A DNA stretch of 62,019 nt, filler included, from 7 parts of 7 records of this genome joined end to end with filler, not necessarily neighbours in it; one strand, 5' to 3'; positions 20,863 through 29,936 are shown, numbered from the whole stretch's first letter. A program made the numbers and translations. The notes: generated by a model not told the origin, from the sequence alone.

Positions 20863-21027
20863 TTTAAATATACTACTTATTCTATTTGTTTTATTAGTAA
20901 AGATAGTAGAAAATCCTCAAACAGCATTGGTAAGATACCAGATTCCATTGGTAACATACAAGCTTTTTAGGTTCGGCACACAAGAAAGACTTCTTTCCTT
21001 TATACAAGTTAACCGAAAAAACAAATC

Positions 21028-21333
21028 ATGGCAATTCAGTTCAATTCTATCAATTACATTCATAATAATACAATATCTGGAGGGAGTATGATCTCTTATG
21101 AGTCAGGGCAGGAGTGGCTAATACTATTAAGAAGATTCATTCAGGAACAAGACAAAAGAAATCAAGCAATCCATGCATTATTACAAACCTTAATGGAAAT
21201 GGAAGCAACAAAGAAAGCAGACATCCTTCCTGAAATTATGGAGTTGCTGAAAGCTAACGTAAAGTATCTTGATATTTTTAAAGAAGTCATCGAAAAAGAT
21301 GGGCAGAATGGACGTGATGAAGACAACCAATAA
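21028..21333 (+). CDS. Hypothetical helical/coiled-coil protein
   Basis: 101-aa ORF with an A-rich leader typical of Bacteroidetes. Confidence 0.6.
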   Translation: MAIQFNSINYIHNNTISGGSMISYESGQEWLILLRRFIQEQDKRNQAIHALLQTLMEMEATKKADILPEIMELLKANVKYLDIFKEVIEKDGQNGRDEDNQ

Positions 21334-21363
21334 TTTTTAAAACAATAATTAAACGTTACAATT

Positions 21364-21657
21364 ATGGAAAATGCTTATTTAAAAAATCCGGAAGATGAGT
21401 GCCCCATTGATGTCAGGAAAAACAGGTTTAAAGCATCGTTTTTGGAATTTAAGGGTTATTTAGATTTGCTTATTACTATTGAGGCATTGATAAATGGTTG
21501 CATTATGGCAACTCAGGGAGATCATTATAGCCAATCTTCTGTCGATAATTCAGGCAGTGATATTCGAAAGACATTAGAGTTTGTTAGACAACTTTTGCCG
21601 ATAGAGGAAGGGGAGTATTTGGATGAATGTTATAACCTTTTGATAAAAGAACCATAA
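21364..21657 (+). CDS. Hypothetical protein
   Basis: 97-aa ORF co-oriented with its neighbours. Confidence 0.65.
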   Translation: MENAYLKNPEDECPIDVRKNRFKASFLEFKGYLDLLITIEALINGCIMATQGDHYSQSSVDNSGSDIRKTLEFVRQLLPIEEGEYLDECYNLLIKEP

Positions 21658-21669
21658 AATGTCATTTGA

Positions 21670-21804
21670 ATGAACAACACAGTTGGAAATAACCTCCGAA
21701 CACTCCACAAAAGGAAAGGGCTGACCCAAGAAGAGGTGGCAGATATGTTGCATGTCTCGCAATCTGCATACGCCCGGATGGAAAACGGTCAAACCAACCT
21801 CTGA
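21670..21804 (+). pseudogene. Truncated XRE/HTH_3 regulator
   Basis: MNNTVGNNLRTLHKRKGLTQEEVADMLHVSQSAYARMENGQTNL*; stops right after the recognition helix. Confidence 0.75.
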
Positions 21805-21858
21805 ATATTTCGGTTCTTCAGCAGAATATGCACTTCAAGTATAAAGTTGTACCAAATT

Positions 21859-21887
21859 GGGTTACCTTTTAGGCTTTACTCTATTAA
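21859..21887 (+). promoter_or_regulatory. Bipartite motif copy 1 (putative ECF promoter)
   Basis: GGGTTACC-TTTTAGGCTTTACT-CTATTAA, 18 nt before ATG 21906. Confidence 0.75.
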
Positions 21888-21905
21888 CACATAAACTTAA
21901 AGAGA

Positions 21906-22106
21906 ATGAAAGAGTTATTTAACATTTGTGTAGACATCCTTAAAGATTTGTCCGGTTACTTTGATATTAGCTATGAAGTCATTAATATTTTATTGTTTGT
22001 AATTATTCATCCTTTAATTACCGCTATTCTTTTATTTATGGTTATAAATTTATTGAGAAAGAATAGAAGATATAGACACCCACTAAGCGATAAAAATCTC
22101 AGCTGA
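21906..22106 (+). CDS. Small membrane protein (66 aa)
   Basis: ISYEVINILLFVIIHP hydrophobic helix with a basic tail; preceded by motif copy 1. Confidence 0.75.
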   Translation: MKELFNICVDILKDLSGYFDISYEVINILLFVIIHPLITAILLFMVINLLRKNRRYRHPLSDKNLS

Positions 22107-22136
22107 ATTTATAGTGAAAAGATTACTATTTGCTTT

Positions 22137-22754
22137 TTAATGTTCCTTAATCTGTTCCCAGTTCAAAATGCTTTTTATACGACTTATGCATTGTGCAAAT
22201 GTTGGTCTATGCTGTTTTATATGAGACTGAATATTATTCTCGAGCTTTATTATATCAAATTTATATCCACCTTGAATTTCTACTAAATAGTTTCTTGGAT
22301 CAATTTCGAAAAGAGATTTCGATAAGCTGTCCCCTTCTTTTAAATTACCATAATATTCAACAGTTAAATATGCTAAAAGGTCTCGTTTAGTTTTACTTTC
22401 AATCTTGAACATTCTTAAACATTCGGCAAAATCTAAATAGTCCTGACATCCCTTAAAATCAGATGACTGGTTAAAACACATGTTTATATTAGTATCCTGA
22501 TATATAGTCTGGAAATAACATCCATAAATTAGACTACACAATCTTTCTGGCATATTTTTTAGAGGTGTATCCGCTTTACCTAAAGGGATCTTCCTTTTAG
22601 TTTGACCTTCATAATCTACTTCATTAGTATATTTCTGAATTAACAGAACCTCTTCAATTTCAAAGATATTATATAGTTCATTTATCAATTTGTTAGCTAC
22701 AAAATGACCAAGTTCATGAAAAAATACGGTTTCAAGATTTTTGTTTTTTGGCAT
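22137..22754 (-). CDS. Putative standalone HExxH metallopeptidase (M41/M50-like)
   Basis: VFFHELGHFVA near the N-terminus; later GCQD resembles the M41 third-ligand region. Confidence 0.65.
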   Translation of the reverse strand: MPKNKNLETVFFHELGHFVANKLINELYNIFEIEEVLLIQKYTNEVDYEGQTKRKIPLGKADTPLKNMPERLCSLIYGCYFQTIYQDTNINMCFNQSSDFKGCQDYLDFAECLRMFKIESKTKRDLLAYLTVEYYGNLKEGDSLSKSLFEIDPRNYLVEIQGGYKFDIIKLENNIQSHIKQHRPTFAQCISRIKSILNWEQIKEH

Positions 22755-22784
22755 AAATGCAAGAGAGATAATTGGTTATTGGGT

Positions 22785-23972
22785 TTACAAACTGGAATAA
22801 GTTTTAACTATTCTAATGTAATCATTATTCAAAAGTTTAAACATACTGTTAGGCTCAGACATTCTAGAAGACACTATTAGCTTAGAAGCCTTAATTAGTG
22901 TTATTTTTCCTTTGTCAGTTACAGTAATTAAAATTTCATTTTCATCATTTATAAAAACAACATTATCAGGAATAAATTGATGGTTTTCACCCAAACTAAT
23001 TTTAATGCCTTTTCCTCCAAAAACTGTAAATCGAAAATCTATAACAGGTATTAACTTGTAATGTGCACTTTGACTATCCAAAAAGAACACTAAGCCTCCA
23101 CTATTGTTAATGCTTGTAATCGAGGTTAAGCAATCACCTTCTGATAGCTCTATTAGTCTTTTATAATCAATTTTATCACGTGCACTTCTAATAACTCTTC
23201 CTTTATTTGTTACAATGATAATTTCTGAATTGGGAGGATTAAGTATCCCAGTTACAACAGCATCATTATTCAGATGATCTAAAATTTTAGTGCTTCCATG
23301 CTGTTCATAAATATGAGATATTAAGCTAAGTACTTGGGTTAAATTCTTTTTTTGAGCTACGGCCGTTTTTGTTACTATCACTAAACTAACGCCAGTTCTG
23401 TCAAACTTCTTGTTTATTGAATAGACCTTTAATATTTTTTTTCCTTTGAGCGGAATTCTTTTTTGTTTATAAAATCTATTTACTAAATCTCTTACATTAA
23501 CCTTAAACACAGACTCATCATCAAGTACCATTAATACATTTGAATCTATTTCAGTAACTACAAAATCGGCAAAACGTTTTCTTTCTATATTAAGATTTCT
23601 TAATGCATCTAATAAATCTTCTTTATTTTCTACCCCTAAAGCTTTGTATCCACCACTCTTAGTTATAAAAAATAAAAAAACAGAATATTTAAATAAATTG
23701 ACTTGATTGCTTACAAAGTATCTTTCCTCTACTTCAGGGATAAGTATAGAGTCTATACTTTTTTCTTTATCAACATATTTCTTTTTACTATTTTTTTTAT
23801 TATAAGTTTTAGCTTTATTCTCTAAATAATCCTTACATATGATTATGACAAATACAGCCAATATAAGCATTGGTATAAACCATAAACCTTTATCAATCAA
23901 TAATACCATCCAACCCAAAAATGTTATCAACATCATCCATAATGGCGGAGAATATGATTTTTTAGCTGCCAT
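22785..23972 (-). CDS. Membrane-anchored protein with GyrA/ParC C-terminal beta-pinwheel-like repeats
   Basis: Two N-terminal TM helices; blades LVIVTKTAVAQK, IIIVTNKGRVIR..LSEGDCL, GGKGIKI, ILITVTDKGKITLI..LLNNDYI. Confidence 0.6.
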   Translation of the reverse strand: MAAKKSYSPPLWMMLITFLGWMVLLIDKGLWFIPMLILAVFVIIICKDYLENKAKTYNKKNSKKKYVDKEKSIDSILIPEVEERYFVSNQVNLFKYSVFLFFITKSGGYKALGVENKEDLLDALRNLNIERKRFADFVVTEIDSNVLMVLDDESVFKVNVRDLVNRFYKQKRIPLKGKKILKVYSINKKFDRTGVSLVIVTKTAVAQKKNLTQVLSLISHIYEQHGSTKILDHLNNDAVVTGILNPPNSEIIIVTNKGRVIRSARDKIDYKRLIELSEGDCLTSITSINNSGGLVFFLDSQSAHYKLIPVIDFRFTVFGGKGIKISLGENHQFIPDNVVFINDENEILITVTDKGKITLIKASKLIVSSRMSEPNSMFKLLNNDYIRIVKTYSSL

Positions 23973-23987
23973 ATATCATTTCTTTTA

Positions 23988-26900
23988 TTAATCTATAACC
24001 TGAAAACCAGCCCAATACACAGGATCGGGATAATTTATTTTTATTTCGTTTTGGGCTTTTTGTAAAGATTCATTCGCAGAATTACCTTTGAGGTAATGTT
24101 TATAGAATGCTACCATTAACTGGGATGTTTGTTCATCAGGAACTTTCCATAAGCTTATAATCATTGATTTAACTCCTGCTCGTTTAAATGCTCTTTGCAG
24201 ACCAAAAACTCCTTCTTGACCTTTTAGTTCGCCTAATCCTGTCTCACATGCCGATAAAACGAGCAAATCTATATTAGAGAAGTCTAAATAAGTGATTTCT
24301 TGACCTGTTAAAATGCCATCATTATTTTTATCATAACTTTTATCATGGTTTGCTCCTGCTAATAAAAGACCACACCTCATTAAAGGGTTGTCATAAACAT
24401 CCATATTTGCTCCTATTTTATTTACAATAGAGCTTCCAACAAGAAAACTCGAGTGATAATAATATCCATGTGTTGCTATATGAAGAACGTTTACATCCTG
24501 GTTTGGAATTACTCTCATTACAGATTCTGTTGCAGAATTTCCAGTATAAAGAAATGGTTCTTTGTATTCACTCTTATCAAATAATTCTTTGATTTTCACC
24601 ACTTCATCTAAAGTATATTTTAACTTGGAGAATGAACTACTGCGATTAATGTTTGATACAATATTTTCTTGTTCTTGAAGACCTGCAATGTTATTCGTAA
24701 CATTCTTTGATGTTAAATTATAATTGACTCCTCCAAATAATGCGGCTTTCATATTGTAATCCCTTTTTTTCTTATATCTAATGTTATTCGTGCTTGAAAC
24801 AATTGAAAAAGTACTTCCCATGTTTGCACTATCGAGAATAGCCGAATATGGGACTTTGTTCAATATACCTGTAGGTGAAAAATAATATTTATCATAATTA
24901 GCCATGTATTGTTTTAACGAATCGAAGATTATCTTATTAATCTTATGTTTGTTTTTACCAAACACCGCATTTATCCCATCCTTATTATTTGCTTGATCTA
25001 TATATTCATTTAGTATATTTTCATTAAATAGATAGACCAACTCAGGGGAGGTAGATTTATTATTTATAACAAGGGCATAATAGTCTATTTCATTTTCGTT
25101 ATTTTCAATTCCTTTTTTAATGGTAAAAGTTTCAATAGCTAATTCATCCATATTTAACCTATCTCTTATATTTTCCCAAGTGATTTGTCGTGGATTTACT
25201 GAGCGGAAATTATCCATGGACGTAATCTTTTTAATCAATTTCCGTTCTTTTTCAAGTATAATATTTAAGGAATCGCTATCAAATACACCTGAACTCCATT
25301 CCAAAGCTCTTCTCTTTAATTTTAATTCTTGATACTCCTTAAGTAGCCCCCCCTCCAATGTTTTCACGAAGCTTTTAAAATTCTGTTCAGATCGCAAGGC
25401 TATTTGTCGCATTGCCAGTAGATTGTTATATAAAAGCTCATTGGCCGATGAGTCTTTTAAGTCAACATAAATAGAATTAATTAAATTAAGATCTTTCTCT
25501 ACTTTTGTAACGAACAACTCCTTTTCTCCCTGGTTAAGAAATAAGAAATTGTTGATTAGCTTATGGTTAAGATTTTTTTCTATGCCTCTTAATGAAGATA
25601 TGATTTCTTCATGGTGTTGATTTTTGTCTTTTTTAAATAGTATGTTTTTAAGTAATACATCAAAGTATATTTCTTTATTATAATTAGACGAGTTTTTGAT
25701 TAAAGTTAAAGACTCCTTGTATATCTCTCTCGCTTTTTCTACCTCATCAATTTTTAAGTTAAAATCTGCTATTTGCATCAATATGGACACATAACTAATG
25801 CTATTAATACCATATTTATCCTCTATAATTCCCAGTAACGAATCATATACCTGGATAGCTTCATTAAGGTAATCCTCTCTTTCATCTATTTTCTTACCCA
25901 TGATTCTATCAAAAATTGATTTATCAAGTAGCTCTTCATTACCTCCACCTTTTTGCCATGCCAAAAAACAATAATGGGCCTTTGCATAAAGATAATTTAT
26001 ATAGATAGGGTGACCTTCATTGCGTTCCGCAATTGAAGTAGCTTTTACCAAAAGTCTCCCTGCACTATCAAAATTATCTATCAGAAGGTTACTAAGTGAG
26101 GCTGTCATTAAAAGACTGGCATAAGTTTTCGATTTCTGATTGCCTCCTTTTTCAATATATAGATTAAGGATGTTTGAGCATACAGCTTGAAATCTTCTAT
26201 AATCACCCACTCTTAATAGTCTGTCGGCGAATAACAATTGAGAATTTATCAAATAGGTTAAATCTTGTTTGCTACATGTTGCGAGCACATTTGTCAACTC
26301 TGAAAAAATATCATCAGCCTTAAAGTAATCACCTTCTCTTAATTTCAGTTCGCCAAGCGAAAGCAAAGGAAACAACAATAAATTATCCTTCTGTGAATCA
26401 ATAAGTTTATTATTTGCGATATTGATTGCTTCTTTAAACACTTTTTCAGCCTCATTTTGTGAATTGAAATATTCTAAAAGACAGAATCCGTAATTAATAG
26501 TTGCCGAATATTGTTTAACGAGGTTTACCCTTTGATCAAATTTAGTTTTCGAATATAATTGTGTCAAAAAAAAGAAATTACTAATTCTACTTCTGTTTTT
26601 AATATTGTAATATTTGCTTTCTGCTATTTCAAACGCTTTTTTATACTCTCCTGAATCTATCAACTCCTCTGTTTCTTTTATATCTTCATATTTATCTGAT
26701 AGTATTTTTGCAAAATAGAGAGAAATACCTCCAGTAGAAAAGTAATTAAAAAGAAGAATACTTGCCATAAAAACTAATGTGCAGATCAATTTAAAAATAT
26801 CCTTCATTGAAGATTTCTTTTTAAAGAAGGATTTCAATCCAGATAAAAACCAAGTAAATATTACAATAAGTAAAAAAAGAAATACTAAAGCAAATACAAG

Positions 26901-27047
26901 CGTTCTTAGGAGTTCTGTAAAATATAAAAAACCAAAAAAGCCATCAGGAGAAGCAATATACCATGTTAAATGCAAAAAACTTATTATAATATAACCAAAT
27001 ATGATTAATAAAATATATCCAGAGATGTTTTCAACTACTTTTCTCAT
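23988..27047 (-). CDS. Membrane-anchored TPR-CHAT (caspase-like) protease
   Basis: About 3 N-terminal TM helices, TPR-like helical repeats, FSPTGILNKVPY, LHIATHGYY (His), LSACETG (Cys), ISLWKVPD, YWAGF. Confidence 0.92.
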   Translation of the reverse strand: MRKVVENISGYILLIIFGYIIISFLHLTWYIASPDGFFGFLYFTELLRTLVFALVFLFLLIVIFTWFLSGLKSFFKKKSSMKDIFKLICTLVFMASILLFNYFSTGGISLYFAKILSDKYEDIKETEELIDSGEYKKAFEIAESKYYNIKNRSRISNFFFLTQLYSKTKFDQRVNLVKQYSATINYGFCLLEYFNSQNEAEKVFKEAINIANNKLIDSQKDNLLLFPLLSLGELKLREGDYFKADDIFSELTNVLATCSKQDLTYLINSQLLFADRLLRVGDYRRFQAVCSNILNLYIEKGGNQKSKTYASLLMTASLSNLLIDNFDSAGRLLVKATSIAERNEGHPIYINYLYAKAHYCFLAWQKGGGNEELLDKSIFDRIMGKKIDEREDYLNEAIQVYDSLLGIIEDKYGINSISYVSILMQIADFNLKIDEVEKAREIYKESLTLIKNSSNYNKEIYFDVLLKNILFKKDKNQHHEEIISSLRGIEKNLNHKLINNFLFLNQGEKELFVTKVEKDLNLINSIYVDLKDSSANELLYNNLLAMRQIALRSEQNFKSFVKTLEGGLLKEYQELKLKRRALEWSSGVFDSDSLNIILEKERKLIKKITSMDNFRSVNPRQITWENIRDRLNMDELAIETFTIKKGIENNENEIDYYALVINNKSTSPELVYLFNENILNEYIDQANNKDGINAVFGKNKHKINKIIFDSLKQYMANYDKYYFSPTGILNKVPYSAILDSANMGSTFSIVSSTNNIRYKKKRDYNMKAALFGGVNYNLTSKNVTNNIAGLQEQENIVSNINRSSSFSKLKYTLDEVVKIKELFDKSEYKEPFLYTGNSATESVMRVIPNQDVNVLHIATHGYYYHSSFLVGSSIVNKIGANMDVYDNPLMRCGLLLAGANHDKSYDKNNDGILTGQEITYLDFSNIDLLVLSACETGLGELKGQEGVFGLQRAFKRAGVKSMIISLWKVPDEQTSQLMVAFYKHYLKGNSANESLQKAQNEIKINYPDPVYWAGFQVID

Positions 27048-27050
27048 TAT

Positions 27051-28223
27051 TTAAAACCATCGTAATTCTCCTAATATATCATCAGCTTCAGATGAAAACT
27101 TACTTGTTTGAATTAATTTTGAACTTAAAATCCCTTTAGCTTTTTTAAGTTCCCCTTTTTTAATGTAACCAAGGGCTAAGTAAAATTGAACTTCAATTTC
27201 AAACTTATAATAAGCTACATTAGTTAAATAATTAAAATTATTAATCGCCTTTTCAACTTCATTAGAATTTAGTTGGGCTAGGGCTAAATAGAAAAGAACT
27301 TGACGATTATCTTCCTTCGGATTTATTTCTGTCAAAACTAGCTTAGCATTAGTATATTCTCCTTTTTTTATTTCTTCTATAGCCTTAAAAATTGCAAGTG
27401 ATTGTTGTTTGGTATAACTTGTATCTCCCTTAATAACTGGTCTAAAAGGCTCAAAATCTCTCGAAATATTATTATTCAAAGAAAGGTTGAATTCTACTAC
27501 ATCTAATCCTCCAAATTGATCAATATCCTTAATGTTTGATAAATTGCTCTTATAATTATTAAAAATCATTTCATTTGATGATTTATGCGGTTGCCACACA
27601 ATAAATCCAATTACTATTGCAGCAGCGACACTAGAATATTTTAACCATAATGAAATAATCTTAGTTTCTTTTTTATTTTTAGCAGGCTTTTCAGCTGTTG
27701 GTTCAGCTCTTTTTTCTAAAATAACATCTTTTTTTACTTCCCTGTTCCATGTTTGTATTTTCTCCCTCAGGTCTTCCCGGGCTTTTTGTTTTACGGCATT
27801 TTCAATGTCCTTTTCACTGGGTTGAAACGTTACTCTTTGATATGCCAATGGCAGTTCTTCTTTAATCCTATTTCGTTCTGCCTTGGTAATGACATTTCTT
27901 AACGTTTTTAAATAATGTACCCGTTTAACGAAGTCTTGACTCTGCGTTAAAATTTCCGATGTTTTTGAAATGTTTCCAAGCACGTAATCTTCAGCCACCT
28001 CTTCAATGAAATTCCTGTACAGTTTAGGGAGTTGAAAAATGAGTTTTTCAGGATCATTCAATTCAAGCTTGTAAATTTCTGTGTACAATGGTTTTTGATT
28101 GCTTTTAAATACCACAAATCCATTAAGAACCTCATCCCAATTTACCCTTTCCAAATGCTCAGGTGGTATAGAATTGCTTAAAATATCTTTTATGATTCTT
28201 ATTCCTCTTTCCATTTTAGGCAT
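27051..28223 (-). CDS. Putative anti-sigma factor: cytoplasmic domain, one TM helix, C-terminal TPR
   Basis: WLKYSSVAAAIVIGFIVW TM; FYLALAQL and FYLALGYI TPR motifs; overlaps the sigma gene by 8 nt. Confidence 0.8.
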   Translation of the reverse strand: MPKMERGIRIIKDILSNSIPPEHLERVNWDEVLNGFVVFKSNQKPLYTEIYKLELNDPEKLIFQLPKLYRNFIEEVAEDYVLGNISKTSEILTQSQDFVKRVHYLKTLRNVITKAERNRIKEELPLAYQRVTFQPSEKDIENAVKQKAREDLREKIQTWNREVKKDVILEKRAEPTAEKPAKNKKETKIISLWLKYSSVAAAIVIGFIVWQPHKSSNEMIFNNYKSNLSNIKDIDQFGGLDVVEFNLSLNNNISRDFEPFRPVIKGDTSYTKQQSLAIFKAIEEIKKGEYTNAKLVLTEINPKEDNRQVLFYLALAQLNSNEVEKAINNFNYLTNVAYYKFEIEVQFYLALGYIKKGELKKAKGILSSKLIQTSKFSSEADDILGELRWF

Positions 28224-28818
28224 TTAAATAATTGAAAGCCAATTTTTCTAACCGTTTTTGGCATTTTGCCTTTTGGTTTTTTGCATTAGCCGGATTCGTA
28301 TATCCGAAAATCTCAGACAGCTCTTTCATAGATTTTTTGTGATACCAAAACAATGTAAGCAGCTCATAGCATTTTCCTCCGGCGTTTTTCATTTCGGTAA
28401 GGGCATTTTCCATAGCCTTAAATTGTTCTTCATTTTCGGCCTCCACATCAACCAGTGTATCCGTTACCGCACCATCAAATTGTAAATGCTCTCCATTATT
28501 GTCAAAATCTTCAAGGCTTATATTCTGTTTATTCTTTTTAAATCTATTTAATAGTTGAAACCTGCAAACAGAACTTAGATAAGTTTGAATGGATGCTGTA
28601 AGTTTAAAATTTCCTTCAAGGATTTTTTCATATAACACCATAACGGCATCGTTGAATACTTCGTCTAGGTCTGTATCAAAACTGTTATTTGAGCCTTTTA
28701 CCTTATGCATGAACATGATGCAGTAATCGTAGCATCGTTTATAAATGACCCCTAAATAATCTGAATCATCTTTAATCAATTCAATAAGTTCCTGATCTGA
28801 AATTTGGTGTATGTCCAT
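28216..28818 (-). CDS. ECF-type sigma-70 factor
   Basis: SDQELI, DEVFNDAVMVLYEK, TYLSSVCR (region 2), KSMKELSEIFGYTNPANAKNQKAKC (region 4). Confidence 0.92.
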   Translation of the reverse strand: MDIHQISDQELIELIKDDSDYLGVIYKRCYDYCIMFMHKVKGSNNSFDTDLDEVFNDAVMVLYEKILEGNFKLTASIQTYLSSVCRFQLLNRFKKNKQNISLEDFDNNGEHLQFDGAVTDTLVDVEAENEEQFKAMENALTEMKNAGGKCYELLTLFWYHKKSMKELSEIFGYTNPANAKNQKAKCQKRLEKLAFNYLNA

Positions 28819-28992
28819 TAGTTTATTTGTGATGGTTGTATTAGTTCTTCACAAAATAAACAAAATATTGCAAATTTTACATTTGATTTTCCACAAGTCG
28901 TTCAAACATAACCGGTCTCTTCATATTTGAAGAAGCCCGGCTTTGTTTATCATTACTGATAAATCTATGTTGTAGAATTATATTAGCACGTC

Positions 28993-29481
28993 TTATAGTC
29001 TTGTGTCATAATTGTACGTACTAACACGATTATCCTTACCGCCCAAAATTTGCCGAGTAAGTCGAACTTTTTCCATATAGGCTTTCGCAAACTTTACTGG
29101 GTCTACAATATTATTTGTTCGGTAGGTTGATGTATTTTTATAAGTCGATTTGCTCTCATCAGAAAGAGAGGGCATACTTGGAAGTGATAAAGCCGGCTGA
29201 TATATTCTACCTTGCCCTGTGTGAGGATAAGGGTTTGAGATAGTATTCCTTCTTGTATTAGAATATGATCCTTCTCTTGGTTTCGTGCCCGCTTTACCTG
29301 TATATGGATTTACATTGCCAACTGTACTCCAATTATCGTTTACGGTGTGGTTGGGAGCGGTTCTGTAATGTGGTTGAACATACGTTCCATTACTTTTGTA
29401 ATATCCTTTTACATATACTTGTTGTGAAAATCCGAAATAACCGGTTAATAAAAATACTGCGATAAATAATAAATTTTTCAT
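28993..29481 (-). CDS. Secreted protein with a VKGYYKSNGTYVQPHYRTAP / NWST-GNVNPYTG motif
   Basis: Signal peptide followed by a conserved basic motif and a low-complexity tail. Confidence 0.8.
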   Translation of the reverse strand: MKNLLFIAVFLLTGYFGFSQQVYVKGYYKSNGTYVQPHYRTAPNHTVNDNWSTVGNVNPYTGKAGTKPREGSYSNTRRNTISNPYPHTGQGRIYQPALSLPSMPSLSDESKSTYKNTSTYRTNNIVDPVKFAKAYMEKVRLTRQILGGKDNRVSTYNYDTRL

Positions 29482-29521
29482 GATACTAATTTTAAAATGT
29501 TTTACTGTTTTTTTACATCTG

Positions 29522-29550
29522 TTAATAGCTCTTTTTTGAAGAGGTAACCC
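29522..29550 (-). promoter_or_regulatory. Bipartite motif copy 2 (putative ECF promoter)
   Basis: Minus strand GGGTTACC-TCTTCAAAAAAGAG-CTATTAA, 40 nt before ATG 29481. Confidence 0.75.
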
Positions 29551-29551
29551 A

Positions 29552-29755
29552 CTAATTGCATGGTAATTTATATAATAGCTCTCCTTCTAATGTCACTATC
29601 TTATATGCAAGGAAATTTTTAGTCCCCCTAATGGCAGAAATTTGTTTTTTGGCATATTCAAGAGCTTTGGTTACGCTCAACATTAATGCTACATTTTCAG
29701 GATAATCGCATTGATAGTTTTGAAGATTATTATACGATTTCAATTTTACTTTCAT
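29552..29755 (-). CDS. Small hypothetical protein (67 aa)
   Basis: ORF preceded by motif copy 3 and an A-rich leader. Confidence 0.65.
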   Translation of the reverse strand: MKVKLKSYNNLQNYQCDYPENVALMLSVTKALEYAKKQISAIRGTKNFLAYKIVTLEGELLYKLPCN

Positions 29756-29801
29756 GTTTTTGGATTTTAAGTTTGTACTCGTTTAGTTTGTTTTTCAACT
29801 A

Positions 29802-29830
29802 TTAATAGCCATAACTTAAAAAGGTAACCC
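29802..29830 (-). promoter_or_regulatory. Bipartite motif copy 3 (putative ECF promoter)
   Basis: Minus strand GGGTTACC-TTTTTAAGTTATGG-CTATTAA, 46 nt before ATG 29755. Confidence 0.75.
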
Positions 29831-29851
29831 ACTATCTTCGTTTTTTTTAAG

Positions 29852-29882
29852 AAAAAGAAGACTGCTTATAAAAACAGTCTTC
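29852..29882 (-). terminator. Intrinsic terminator of the 32569-29937 operon
   Basis: GAAGACTG-N10-CAGTCTTC stem followed by TTTTT on the minus strand. Confidence 0.6.
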
Positions 29883-29936
29883 AAAAAACAAACATAAAAC
29901 CCTCAAACCTACGGGTATTGTTACAGATAAAATGAA

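Noticed and set aside
22785-23972. gyrA/parC gene call
   Set aside because: Only CTD-like blades plus TM helices; no breakage-reunion domain
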